Shown here: piece by piece, positions 35,501 to 48,430 of the stretch
Layout of the letters: every line of letters begins with the position of its first letter
Numbering within the stretch: position 1 is the first letter of the stretch
Assembly: GCA_030704615.1 (NCBI GenBank)
Contig: CM060733.1
Span: 2,480,001 to 2,544,000, forward strand
Length of the DNA: 64,000 nt
Direction of reading: 5' to 3'
Source: Takakia lepidozioides
Taxonomy: Eukaryota > Plantae > Bryophyta
Notes under the pieces: generated by a model
The model's input: only the letters and a program-made list of their open reading frames with translations
Database searches by the model: none
What the model was told of the DNA's origin: nothing
Made by a program: the position numbers and the translations under genes

Positions 35501-38030
35501 AAACAATGCACGGGAAGGTACCCAAAGGGCTGCCGCAAACAATACATTGTAGTCCCTTTATGCTTAACCTGACAGGTTGGGGGCAAGGCAAGGCAGTCTC
35601 AGCCATCATTGCAAAATAGGGGCCCTCCACCAATCTGTAAAGGATTACCCACCACAAGTAGCACTATACTGTCCTTCACAGATCAAACATAGAGGTAGGA
35701 TCATGAAAAACATAGAGTAGTTTAGTTTTTCAGATTTCAAGATGAATCCACAGTCAGCCGCCATCTTCACTCCTTTGTAATCCTCATGGTACCCTGCAGC
35801 ACTTAGCAATCAGCATATTAAGTGGAAGCCCTCACCTGTGCCCGTCCCAAAAACAACCACAACGCATTGTGAGTTAGTGAGGATGCACGAGGAGAGTAGC
35901 AGGCTTCCACACTTGCTATCGAGGTCAAATACACTTGAATCTAAGCACAGAGAATGCCAAAGAAAGCAGGGAAGCAAGACAAACAGAAAAATAACCTTTT
36001 TTACTATTTGGGGGATGGTCGCCATCTCTCCACAAGCCCAACCGTGTAGGGAGGTCTCTGCCAACACCACAGCACTGCTACCTTAACCAAAGCAAAGTCT
36101 TGCCAAGCACAAGAAAAAAGAGCTTTGTGTCTCATAAGGTAGGGTTTATAAAGGGAGGGAGAGAGAGACTTCCTTCTTTTACCAAGACACCGCCATTCAT
36201 CAAAGATCCAGAGGAGGGCTCCTAAGGAAACTTCATAAGCAGGCAGGTGGTACCTCCGCCATCACTGCCTTTGTTCCCTTGTGCAGCAAAAAAACAGACA
36301 AATGAGACAGTGCCTTCACTCACCTCAAAAGAACCGCCGTCTCCCTAATGAATCCATAGGGGCGGCATTCATAGAGTCTTTAAACAACCCAAGGAGCGGC
36401 AACTCAACGTAACTGCAGCTCGAGCACCTCTCCTCTTCCATGCCGCCATTGCGCGATCCTTCAACGCAAGAGGCAAAAATATGGTTGCGCGGGGACCTTA
36501 CCTTGTCTTGCCTGATGAATTTCATCCAGCATAGCCTTGAGCCCGGCGGACAGATTCCAATTTCCATCAAGGTAGGATGAGAAAAATCAGGAAATTACAT
36601 AAAGGTTCAACACATCACAGCTATGGTATAGGCTGGATGAAATCAAGGTAGGCTATACTGAAAAATCGTAGGCAGTAATGAAAAATCAGATACGTGCCAA
36701 GGTAAAACGGATGAAACCAGGATGAAATTCATCCGGTTTTCCCTGCAACCCATATTTTAAGCACAAAAAATATGGAAGTCGGGATAACAATTCCATAGAC
36801 CCAGGTAACAGAGGGAGAGAGAGGGATAGAGGGGGCCAAGAAAATAAAAAAACAAGTGGGGGGGGGGGGGGGGGGGGGGTGGGGTGACTGAGCAGCAGCA
36901 GCTCAGCCCCTCTTTGGTTTTTTTTTTGTGAGTAGCTGAGGGACAGGGACAGATGGAGGAGAGAGACGGAGAAATGAGGCAAAAATAAATAAATAAAAAT
37001 AAATAAAAATAAATGGGCGGGGGACTGACTGAGCAGCAGCTGCTCAATCCCACCTTCATTTTTTTTTTTTCCCCCTCAACACTCCCTCTCTCTGCACATC
37101 CTGATGGGACAGAGGGAGAGAAAGGGACAGAGGGAGAGATGAGGGAAAATAAATAAAAAAGAAGGTGGTGGGGGGGGAGTGACTGAGCAGCTGCTGCTCA
37201 GTTGCTGGTGCTGCTTAGTCACCCCCCCCCCACCCCCCCAACCATCTTTTTAGATTTTTTTTCCCTCCTCACTCCCTCTTTCTCCCTCTCTCTCTCTCTC
37301 TCTCCACATCTTCATGGGACAGAGGGAGAGATGAGGGAAGATAAAATGTCTTGTTGAGACATGTACAAGACCAAACAAGGTCTTTGTCAATTTTTACGAC
37401 AAATCAGCTTCATAACGAGGCACTATCAATCACTCTTCATTCATAAACTAGTCTGATGACATATAACAGATCTCACGGTTCATGAAATTTCTGGGTGGGG
37501 GGGTGGGATTATATAAAAATCCGCTTCAGTATATGCTTCATTATGATGTTTGTCCAAATAGGGACCCAATCATGTATCACATGTATGGGTGTGCTTTCAG
37601 ATGTAACAATAGCAACTGTTCATAGCAGGTAAAACTTGTTTATCCTGCTAACATTACTCCCCATGATTACATTAACACTATGAAAAGGAAGTTCCAGTTT
37701 TTATGTAATCTTATGGCCATATCAAAGCATCAGACAGATTGTGAACCATTTACACATAAGGGGTATGACCTCATACCTTGTTTTTTTGTCCCAAGACCTG
37801 GTTTAGGTCTGGGGCCATTGTATAAATGTGGTAACAAGGTGTTGAGTAGCAATTAGTTATACATATTGCTACTTTTACCATTGTGTAGAGCAGGAAAGCA
37901 AGTCTTAAGATTGCTAAAATTTATCACCCATGGTTACATTGTATTTGTGCATACCAAACAGCAATGTAGGAGGTCGTATGGTATCCCAGCCATTGGGCTC
38001 TTGGCCATGTATGTTGTTTAATGCAGGCCC

Positions 38031-38662
38031 TGTCACGGACATAGCCCAGAAGAACTTATCAGGAGTAAATACCAGAAGTTACCAAGTTACCATGTTACCG
38101 AAAATTACTATGACTTACCATAATTTACCATGATCTACCATGATTTACCATTACTTACCAAGTTACCGGGTGTTTACCAAATTACCAAGAGTAACTTGAG
38201 AAACTACTCAGGAAGCTTCCTTTGGAGGAAACTTCTCCATCAAGATACCTCCTTTGTTTAAGGAAGCTTCTCCATCAATAAATCTTTGTTTAATCTTGGA
38301 AACTTCTCCAACAAGAAACCTCCATAGGGGAAGCTACTTAGGGAAGCTTCTTAGTAGCCAGTATATATAGGAGGCGAGACGGGACACTCTTCAGTCTCGC
38401 CAACACCAGTTCAAGTTACTCTTATTTCCAGTTCCCAGTACTCTAGCCCAATTTCCAGTATCTGGTACTCCAGTCCAGTTTCCAGCATTCCAGTATTCAA
38501 GTCGTGTTCCAATATCTTGTACTCTTGTTCATTGTTAAAAAGATCGTCTTGATTTCTATTTATTCATCGTGGATTCGGCCACGCCGACCTTGACTACTTG
38601 TCTAGCATTGTACCTCTAGTTTTATCTCTTGTTTGTGTTCAGTCATGTTCTCGTCCTTGACA
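38031..38662 (+). repeat. 5' LTR (632 bp)
   Basis: TG...CA termini, TATA at 38362-38369, and a close match to 45711-46297. Confidence 0.95.
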
Positions 38663-38664
38663 GT

Positions 38665-38675
38665 TTGGCGAGACT
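38665..38675 (+). promoter_or_regulatory. Non-tRNA, self-priming primer binding site
   Basis: TTGGCGAGACT is the exact reverse complement of AGTCTCGCCAA (38393-38403), about 24 nt downstream of the LTR TATA box. Confidence 0.75.
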
Positions 38676-38700
38676 AAAGTTTGTTCTTTAGTTAGTTAAG

Positions 38701-39738
38701 ATGGAAGGCACATTTGCGGAAATGGTCACCACATTGCAGAGTCTTCAACTCCAGATGCAAGAACTTCGTACATCTACCGCCCAATTGCAAGCTGATTAGT
38801 CTCAAGATCTTGGCAACGCTCTCTACAATTTGCAACAACAAATTTCAGAGTTAAAAGAGTCGAACAATGGATCTTCAACCATACGAGTCCCTACTGCAAC
38901 AGCTCCTACTGCAACGGTTCCTCTTCAACAGATTACGAGAGAACCAAATATCAGCATGCCCGAGAAATTTGATGGGACGAGATCAAGATTTCGCGGTTTT
39001 GTTCAACAAGTACGACTGTTCCTACGATTACATCCACAACGCTACCCCGATGAAGGTATTCAAGTGGGATTCGTGGGCACCCTTCTATCAGGCACTGCCC
39101 TATCTTGGTTTGCACCGCTATTAGAAAAAAATTCGCATTTACTATATAATTTTGAAGCATTCATGTCCGAGTTCACTGCAATGTTTGGAGAAAATGATAG
39201 AGAGAGAGTTGCAGAAACAAAGATGCAAAATCTTCGACAATGATCACGTCTTGCTTCCGTTTATGCTGCCGAATTTCGACAACTTGCGTGCGACCTCGAC
39301 TGGAATGAGAAGAGCCTCATTAGTCAGTTTCGATGTGGACTAAAAGATGATGTAAAAGATTTGTTGCTGACAATGCCAAACGTGAGCACCCTGAGTGAAT
39401 TCATCACCCAAGTCATTACATGCAATCGTTTGTTCGAAAGACGTCAAGAGAAGCGATCTGGATGGTCGACGACGCATCATGTCACTGCTACTACGACACC
39501 AAATACAACGATCCATCAGACATCCAGTAGTGATCCTATGCAGATTGATGTTGTCCGATTCAAACCATTGACGCCACAAGAAAAACAAAGACGGCGCTCG
39601 AATGGATTATGCCTCTATTTCGGAGAAGAAGATCACATAGCCTTAAACTGCCCCAACAAGAGAAGATTCAAAGCTCGGGGCACAACTCAAATGTTCGATA
39701 CGAGGAGGTCGGAAAACGACGATGTCCAGTCACAGTAG
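38701..39738 (+). pseudogene. Chromovirus gag, with stops
   Basis: PEKFDGTRSRFRGFVQQV, LLSGTALSWF, DPMQID, and a degenerate CCHC GLCLYFGEEDHIALNCP. Confidence 0.88.
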
Positions 39739-39755
39739 GGACCATGCGGCTGGAC
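39711..39755 (+). promoter_or_regulatory. -1 ribosomal frameshift signal at the gag/pol overlap
   Basis: Slippery G_GAA_AAC (39711-39717), a 6-nt spacer and the stem gtccagtcaca/tgcggctggac. The -1 frame reads GKRRCPVTVGT into the protease. Confidence 0.7.
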
Positions 39756-41860
39756 GCCACAAATTTCTTACCGAAAAAAAATCTTTTTCTACCTCCAGAC
39801 CCTACACCTTGCTTCATAGTTCCAATAAAAATCAGAATGCAAAATCGAGATATCGTTGTAGAAGCACTTTTGGACTCAGGAGCTTCAGCTTGTTTTATGG
39901 ACAAAAACTTTGCGACGCAACACAATTTAACGCTCGTAAAGAAGAAATTTTCGGCCCCCGTTGAAGTCATCGATGGACGACCGTTAGCATCAGGAAATGT
40001 GGACCATGAAACTCGACCACTTGAAGTGAAGCTTAAAGATCAAGCATCACATATTGTTTTCAATGTCATCCAGTCTCCAATGAATCCTGTGATCCTTGAA
40101 CTTCCCTGGTTCATATTTCACAATCCCGACATCGACTGGTGATCGCGAAAAAATTCTGCAAGACAAAAATGTAGAAATATCAAAGGTACTCAACCCCTAT
40201 TCCTTGGAGCTAGAGCTTTCATGAGAGCTACAAAAAAGGAGGCGGTATTTGCACTTTATGCGACTCCGATCAAGACCACAACAGACAAATGTACTTCAAC
40301 ATTACCCGCTTAATATCAAGATTTCAAAGATGTCTTCGAGAAGAAAAATGCAGACATGTTGCCAGAACATCGACCTTATGACTGTGCAATTGAGTTACAA
40401 GAAGGAGCCCAACCACCATTCGGCCCAATCTATAACTTATCCCAGACGGAGTTGGCTGCATTACATGAATACATTGATGAAAATTTGTCGAAGCACTTCA
40501 TCCAACATTCAAAATCACTTGCGGGGTCGCCTATCTTGTTTGTGAAAAAGAAGGACGGATCATTACGCATGTGTGTCGACTATCGCGGTCTCAACAATGT
40601 TACAATCAAGAATCGTTATTCGTTGCCGCTGATTTCTGGGCTTCTCGACCAGCTAGGACGAGCGAAGATTTTCACCAAAATCGACTTGAGATGAGCCTAT
40701 AACCTTGTACGGATAAAAGAATGAGACGAATGGAAAACAACTTTTTGAACAAGGTATGGACATTTTGAATACAATGTTATGCCTTTCGGTCTTACCAATG
40801 CTCCAACAATTTTTCAACATATGATGAATGACATCTTTCGAGAATTTTAGATGACTTTGTAGTCATTTATTTGGACGACATTTTGATATTTTCACAGAAT
40901 GAAGAAAAACATGGCCGCCATGTACGCCTTGTCCTTGAAAAATTAAGAGAAAGAGGACTATATACCAAGTTGGAGAAATGTCTTTTTCATCAATCTGAGG
41001 TCGAATTTCTGGGCTACATTATTTCCGACAAAGACGTCTTTATGGATCAGAAGAAAATACAAACCATCATCGAGTGAATTAAACCAACTTCGGTCCGAGA
41101 TGTACAATGTTTTCTGGGCTTTGCAAATTCTATAGAATCTTCATCAATGACTACTCCAAAATTGCTGCACCGTTGACACGACTCACAGGGAAGGACAAAA
41201 TTTGTATGGGACGAGAAGGCTGACCAGACATTTGAAAGGCTGAAGCAAGCATTTACAACGGCTCCAATACTGGTACATGCAGACCCATCTAAACCATTCT
41301 TCTTAGAAGCAGATGCATCGGACTTTGCACTTGGCGCGGTACTCTCGCAATACGGTACAGATGGCCGACTCCACCCTGTTGGTTTTCGTTCTCGCAAATT
41401 TTCCGCTGCGGGGATCAATTATGAAATCCATGACAAAGAACTTCTAGCGATTATCGATGCTTTTGAGGAGTGACGACATCTATTGGATGGAGCTAAACAT
41501 CAGGTCACTATCTATACCGATCACAAAAACCTCGAATATTTTATGAGTGCTCGTGTTTTGAATCGACGTCAAGCGAGATGGAGTATGTCACTAGCAAGGT
41601 TTGATTTTGTTATTACCTACCGTCCCGGACATCTTCAAGGAAAACCAAATGCTCTTTCTCGACGATCGTATCTTGCGCCAAAAGAAGGGGATGCAGTTTT
41701 TGACCAACAAAAATTCATTATCTTGAAACCAGCAAATCTCCAATTGAATATGCTATCCATGTCTATCTATGACGATGCAGAGATCATAAAGGAGATTCAG
41801 GAAGCACTAAAGAGCGATCATTTTGCTACGACACTACGAAGTCAACTAAATCAACTTCGA

Positions 41861-43731
41861 ATTGGACACCACACCGATCATGAGGCAGTGTCCGGATGAA
41901 GGCATTTGCCTTCTAGACTTGTTTGGCGGGATCAACACTGGATTGGCTGCTGTTCTACAGGCAGGTGTACGGGTACGGCGTTACCTGTATGTGGAGAGGG
42001 ATGAGACTGCACGACGCGTCTCCCTACGCCATGTTGCTCAGTTGGTGCAGCAGTACCTTGAGTTGTTGCCTGTGTCTGCAGTTCGTGGATATCAGTAGGC
42101 CTTGCCAGCAGACATTTCGTTGCTGGGGGCGCAGGATTTGGAGCGGGTTGGCTTCATTGATTTGGTAGTGGCAGGTTGGCCCTGCCAAGGGCATTCATCA
42201 GCCGGGCATGGCAATGGATTGCGAGACTCGAGGTCGGGTCTGTTTTGGGAGATGGTGCGGGTTTTGCGCCACTTGCAGCTTCATCAAGCTATATCTCCAG
42301 CATACATCTTGGAGAATGTGCCATTGATGGGCAATTCTCGGGCCAGGGTGATGGCCAGTGTGCATCAAGTCCGGTTGTGGCTTGGGTCAGAAGTGTTGCT
42401 GGATGCAGCTGCAGTGGGATCACGGGCTCATCGTCCACGGTTATGGTGGACTAACTTGATGCCACCCGCACTGCTTAAGCGTGCATTTGATGGGGTGCAG
42501 CGGCCAACACACCTCACAGTGGATAGCACTCTGGATACAGGGAGGCAGTCTCAACGTGTGAGACACGATGACCGTTCACTTTTGGCAATGGTCAACAAGG
42601 TGGGTCGACCACGAGTAGCACTACCTACACTGCTCAGCTTCCCAAGATCGCATGCTTTCCGGGATAACGGACCTGGCCTCCTGTGGGATGCTCAGTTGCA
42701 GCAGTTAGTGGAGCCTAATGCCGACGAGTGAGAGCGGGCTATGGGTTTTTTCACTGGGACCACGGCGGTGCCTTCTCTTTCTGAGGCATCACGTCGTCAG
42801 GTATTGGGACAAGCGATGGATATAAATTGCTTGACCTGGATTATCAGCTTGACTATGGCTGAGTAATGTAGAGTGCGGAGTGCACTTCCCTAAACGGTCT
42901 CTCTGCCTACCGAGACGGTACAGGCAGTGAGTGGGGGCGAGCCGGTGAGGACCACGGGGTGTAGACATCCATGGCACACATGGGATGTGCTCGAGGCTCA
43001 TAGGGAGTTGGCAGCCAGGGCGGCTGTGATGGATGAGGTTGGGGATTTTTCTCGGGTTGAGGAAGTCCACGAAAATGGGGCAAGATGAGGCTTTGTCATT
43101 GACTGAGCAGGCAGGGAATACTGCTCAAGAGGTTGCAACATAACAACCACTGGACGCGTCCTCTACCTCTAAGCCCACTGGACTTAAGGTTGCAGTTACG
43201 GAGGACAATTGGGAGCCTAACATTGGACCCATTGTCACGGGAGGCGATAAACGACGTATACGGCGGTTCCTGAGGGCTTACAGGAATTGCTTTGCCTTCA
43301 GTTTGAATGGACTTGGGAGCACTGAAGGGTCAAGAGATTCGTATTGACTTGGCCACTGACACGCCAATCTTTCGAAGACCCTATAGATACAGTGACATGG
43401 ACAGGTCTTTGATTCAGATGAGGACTCAAGATCTCTGGGAGGCTGGTTTGGTGGAGCTCTCTGGTGGAGAGTATGCTTCAGCCACAGTGATGCTAGCCAA
43501 GAAGGATGTCTATGGCAATTGGACGGAGAGACGTATGTGCGGTGATTACCGGCCTGTAAATCGTCAGACCAAGTCCGATAAGTATGCCATGCCAACACCA
43601 GGAAGAGATCTTTGATGCCATCGGGCATGCTAAGGTCTTTAGCACTTTGGATTTACGATCCGGATATCACCAGTTGTCGATCAAAGAGGCGGACAAACAG
43701 CAGACAACATTTTGGGGGATCAATGAGCACG
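41861..43731 (+). pseudogene. Internal DNMT + RT N-terminal fragment from the DNMT-Gypsy family, inserted between RNase H and integrase
   Basis: Homologous to minus strand 2942 to about 1058 (LDTTP...[12 protein letters not shown]...WPCQGHS...ENVP...RPRLWW...FWGINEH). It has no LTR and carries several stops and indels. Confidence 0.93.
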
Positions 43732-45253
43732 ACAACCCACATGTTACAAACGACTTCGAATTCAAAGATGGCTTACTTTACTTCAAGGGACTTCTCTATG
43801 TACCTCCAGGACCTACGCGACTTCGAATTCTTCAAACATGTCATGATCTTCCGGCTGCAGGACATTTCGGCTTCAACAAAACATTGGAGTTGATATCCAG
43901 GGACTATTGGTGGCCGCAGATGTGGAAACTCGTGAAAGAATTCATAAAATCTTGTGACACGTGTGCTAAAGCGAAGGGACCACGACATCGACCTTACAGC
44001 CTTCTTCAACCATTACCCATTCCCGAGGGTCCATGGTCGTCCGTGTCTATGGACTTTATTACGGACCTTCCAATTTCCAAGACCACCGATTCAATCCTTG
44101 TTATTGTAGATCGTTTTACGAAGATGACACATTTCATTCCATATAATAAGACGGTTACCGGCGAGGAAACTGCAAGACTCTTCCTCAATAATATCTACCG
44201 CATTCATGGACTCCCGAAGGACATCGTATCTGATCGAGGACCACAGTTCATATCAAATTTCTGGAGGGGATTATTTCACATATTGGATACTAAGATCAAC
44301 CTCTCTACAACTAATCATCCACAAACTGATGGTCAAACCGAACGTGTAAACCAGATTTTGGAGCAGTATCTTCGCTGTACGATAAATTATCACCAAGATA
44401 ATTGGACGGACCTTCTGTTATTGGCTGAGTTTGCCTATAATAACAATATACGTTCTTCGACCAAGCAAACTCCATTTTTCTCCAATTATGGTCATCATCC
44501 TTGAGCAAACCATTTCCACATAAAGACTGTTGGAAGCCCTGCTGAAGAAAACCTTGCTACTCATCTAGCTACGATTCACAAGGAGCTTACATCTCACCTC
44601 GCAGAAGCTCAAAAACAATACAAGGAGTATGCAGATCAACGTCGCCAACTCCAACCCCAGTTCAAGGTCGGAGATCGTGTGTGGCTTCTTCAACGAGAGA
44701 TACAAACCTCGTGACCATCAAGGAAGTTGGATTATCAACGCCTGGGACCATTCAAAATTATTCGACAAATAAATCCAGTCAGTTTTCGGCTTGAACTCCC
44801 ACGAAGTATGCGCATCCATCCAGTCTTTCATGTTTCATTATTGGAGTTGTATCATCCATCGAATATTCCAGGGAGAGTCTCCGTACCACCTCCATTAGTC
44901 GAAGTCAATCAAGAACTTGAGTATGAAGTCGACGAAGTCCTAGACTCTTGCATCAAGTATAAACGTCTTGAGTATTTCATACATTGGAAAGGCTATGACA
45001 TCAGCGAACAAACGTGAGAACCTTCATCCAACCTCGCTAATGCATCTGATAAAGTCCAAGAGTTTCATCAATGATATCCAGCTAAGCCCCGAGCTACACG
45101 TCAATAAGACGTCACAACGATGATGTCCGTCAAGTTAGCTTCAAGGTGAAGACTCCACATTCAATGTACCTGATACACGCTAAAGAGAGAAGAGCCCCAC
45201 ACATCAGTATATATAGCTACACTTCCAACACTCTTGCATCTTGTATTGGCAGT

Positions 45254-45655
45254 ATGGAGTCACAAGAACCAGATACATTGGAGTTGTCGCTTACCCAGCT
45301 ACCAGATCAGCCATTCCGACTCTCACGACCTTTAACATCACGCCGACGCTCTCGAGACGATGGGCCACCAATGCGACGCGTACTTCCTCGTCTGAACCCC
45401 GAACGACGGCAAGTGGAGCCTACTCGAAGTCTGATAATTTTGTTGGAGGTTGAGGCTTCGGACCCAGAGGGCAACGAAATCATGTTTGAAGGCAACTTTG
45501 AAAATCAGAATGCTCAAATCACTGCGTGGTCCCAAGTTCAAGGTGTTGGACACTATCGATGATTGCAGGGACCTATAAATCATTTGAGTCAAGAACGAAG
45601 AGCCGAATACTTGGCAAGAACCATTCGTCGGATTTTGGATTTTCTCCAACTCTAA
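45254..45655 (+). CDS. Extra ORF between the chromodomain and the PPT (one internal TGA at 45560)
   Basis: MESQEPDTLEL...GVGHYR*LQGPINHL...LDFLQL*, preceded by its own TATA-like tatatata at about 45208. Confidence 0.4.
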
Positions 45656-45710
45656 GCAAGTCCAAGATTTTACCGCTCCTCGAGGAACTCGGCGCTAGAG
45701 GAGGGAATGA

Positions 45711-46297
45711 TGTCACGGACATAGCCCAGAAGAACTTACCAGGAATAAATACCAGAAGTTATCAAAAGTTACCATGACTTACCATGATTTACCATTACTT
45801 ACCAAGTTATCGGGGGTTTACCAAATTACCAAGAGTAACTTAGGAAACTACTCAAGAAGCTTCATTTGGAGGAAACTTCTCCATCAAGATACCTCCTTTG
45901 TTTAAGGAAGCTTCTCCATCAATAAACCTTTGTTTAATCTTGGAAACTTCTCCAGCAAGAAACCTCCATAGGGGAAGCTACTTGGGGAAGCTTCTTAGTA
46001 GCCAATATATATAGGAGGCGAGACTGGACACTCTTCAGTCTCGCCAACACCAGTTCAAGCTACTCCAGTCCAGTTCCCAGTACTCTAGCTCAATTTCCAG
46101 TATCTGGTACTCCAGTCCAGTTTCCAGCATTCCAGTATTCAAGTCGTGTTCCAATATATTGTACTCTTGTTCATTGTTAAAAAGATCGTCTTGATTCCTA
46201 TTTACTCATCGTGCATTCAGCCACGCCGACCTTGACTTCTTGTCTAGCATTATACCTCTAGTTTTATCTCTTGTTTGTGTTGTTCTCGTCCTTGACA
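45711..46297 (+). repeat. 3' LTR (587 bp)
   Basis: Preceded by the PPT agaggagggaatga. It differs from the 5' LTR by substitutions and by indels, including in the ttaccatga micro-array. Confidence 0.95.
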
Positions 46298-48430
46298 GAC
46301 CCTATGTTTTTCTGGATTCCCTTTCAGTCTGTGATAGACAAATACCATGCTGAGATAGCCATAGATTGCCCCCAGAATTAAACCAAGCTCTGGGACTAAA
46401 GACAAAACATGTAATGTCTAGATCTGGATAACAGGCTGATTGACAATCTGGTTACAGCCCTACTATACATGTTGGGTTACTAAAAATGACCCTTGCTGGC
46501 TTTACTGATTTGGCTTGGACCAAATAACACAGTAGTGAGGCCTTTTTTGGAACCCAAACAATCTGTTTAAAGCCTTTTAAGACATCAGGGTTTTAACTTA
46601 TGCTGCCCAGATGTATCTCTATGTACTTATATTGATGCTTTGTGATTTTATAAGCACTTTGCTAGGGTATGTGTATGTTGTACCCAGATTGAAGCCAGGC
46701 TATGGAACATAATACAATTCCTATGTTATGTTCCCTGTTTACAATACTGACCTGCTACTGTGACTTGGAGCATACCAAGCAGCAATGTAGGAGGTCGTAT
46801 GGTATCCCAACCATTGGGCTCTTGGCCATGTATGATGTTTAATGCAGGCCCTCTGTTGTTTTTGGGTTTCCTTTCAGTCTGTGATAGATAAATACCCTGA
46901 TGAGATTGCCACAAATTGACCCCAGAACTAAACCAGGCTCTAGGACTAAAGACAAAACATGTAATGTCTAAATCTGGATAAGAGGCTGATTAACAATTTG
47001 GTTACAACTCTACGTTACATGTTGTGTTAAAATGACCCTTGCTGGCTTTACTGATTTGACTTGTACCAAGTAACACAGTAGTGAGGTCTTTGTTGGAATC
47101 CAGACAATCTGGCTAAAACCTTGTAAGACATCAGGGTTTAAACTTATGCAGCCCAGATGTATCTCTATGTACTTACATGGATGCTTTGTGATTTTATAAA
47201 CACTTTGCTAGGGCATGTGTATGTTGTACCTAGACTGAAACCAGGCTATGGAACATAATACAATAACCTCTGTTATGTTCCCTGTTTACACGCTGCTTAG
47301 TCACAGTAGCAGGCCAGTATTGTAAACCGAAAACAAGAGCACATATTGGGCTGTAAACAACAAATCCAGCCCATGATAGAGTGTAGTAATCAAAAGTAAG
47401 AGTCTTTAAAAGAAAGTATGTATTCTAGTAAAGCTCATCTAATGAACAATGCTCAACAAGGAGGGGTGGAAGCATAGCCAAAAAGGTCAAAAATATGGAA
47501 GCAGATTTGAATCAGCTCCCTGAAGATCAGTTGGAGTCGACATTGCCTCAATTGCTTGGATTCAATCAACTTCAAGCTTCATAAGTCATGTTAAGTGAGG
47601 GCCCTAACCTGGTCCCATCACATGCAATCAAAAAACAATGAAGTTAGTGAAGATGTGGAACCCCAGGTGAATATCAGGCCTCACGCTTGTTATCGCTGTA
47701 CAACATGCGTTCCAAAGCAAGAAGAGATCAAACGCAAAGCAAAGACAGTCCACAACCTTCAGGGTTTGTGGAAGAGGATTCGACATAGCTCCAAGAACTC
47801 GGCAATCGACATCACAAACAAGCAACGGTTTGCTGATTTCTACGAGCATTTTATCAAGTGAAGAGACTTCCTGAAAGTTTAAGAGCGGCGCTAGATCTTA
47901 ATGACCATTGAACGGATCGACAAACAATCACAGCTTAGGGTAGATTGTCCGCCAAAGGAAGAGACAACCTCATTGAGGGCATTGAAGTTTTGCCGCCATT
48001 GCATACCCCAAGGGGAATCGAAAAGTACTGGAATCTTGCCAGAGCACTTGCAGGCTGTCATAAAGCTTCTCTATAGCCATCAAATTCACAAGATTCGTGT
48101 TTAAATGAACCCTCTGACATCATCTCTCAGCTCCAGCAAATCAAAACGCACGAGTATCGTGCAGAGTTTTAGGGCGGAGGAAGAGATAGGGAAAACCTTC
48201 ACGATTTCATCCAAATTAGATGAAAAACAGATAATGAGATGTAAAGAACTTCCCTGATTTCCTCATGATGTCATCCAGTAGGGATGGCATCCAAAATAGA
48301 GTCTGGCTTTCATTAGGGTTAGTTCTCATGACCAAAATCATCCAAAGAACCCAGCTATCAAAGAATATTATTTAATGGAATTCATCCATTTTCATGATTA
48401 CATCCAGTATGGATGAAATTAAAATATGGT

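Larger units (their letters stand above)
39711..45110 (+). pseudogene. Chromovirus pol (PR-RT-RNaseH-integrase-chromodomain), interrupted at 41861-43731
   Basis: LLDSGAS; [11 protein letters not shown]; YLDDILIFS; LEADASDFALGAVL; GHFGFNKT...CDTC; SMDFITDLP; IVSDRGPQF; DGQTERVNQ; GPF; [10 protein letters not shown]...YFIHWKGY. Confidence 0.92.
38031..46297 (+). mobile_element. Full-length Ty3/Gypsy chromovirus (Tcn1/Tf1-sushi-like), inactivated, with a foreign DNMT-RT insert
   Basis: Two LTRs (TGTCACGGAC...GTCCTTGACA), TSD ggccc/gaccc, PPT at 45697-45710, and gag-PR-RT-RH-IN-chromodomain with many stops. Confidence 0.95.
37950..47330. repeat. About 540-bp tandem duplication; copy 1 is split by the chromovirus and copy 2 (about 46771-47290) is an empty site
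   Basis: 37950-38030 plus 46298-46770 matches 46771-47290, where atgcaggccc|tctgttg is uninterrupted. Confidence 0.85.
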
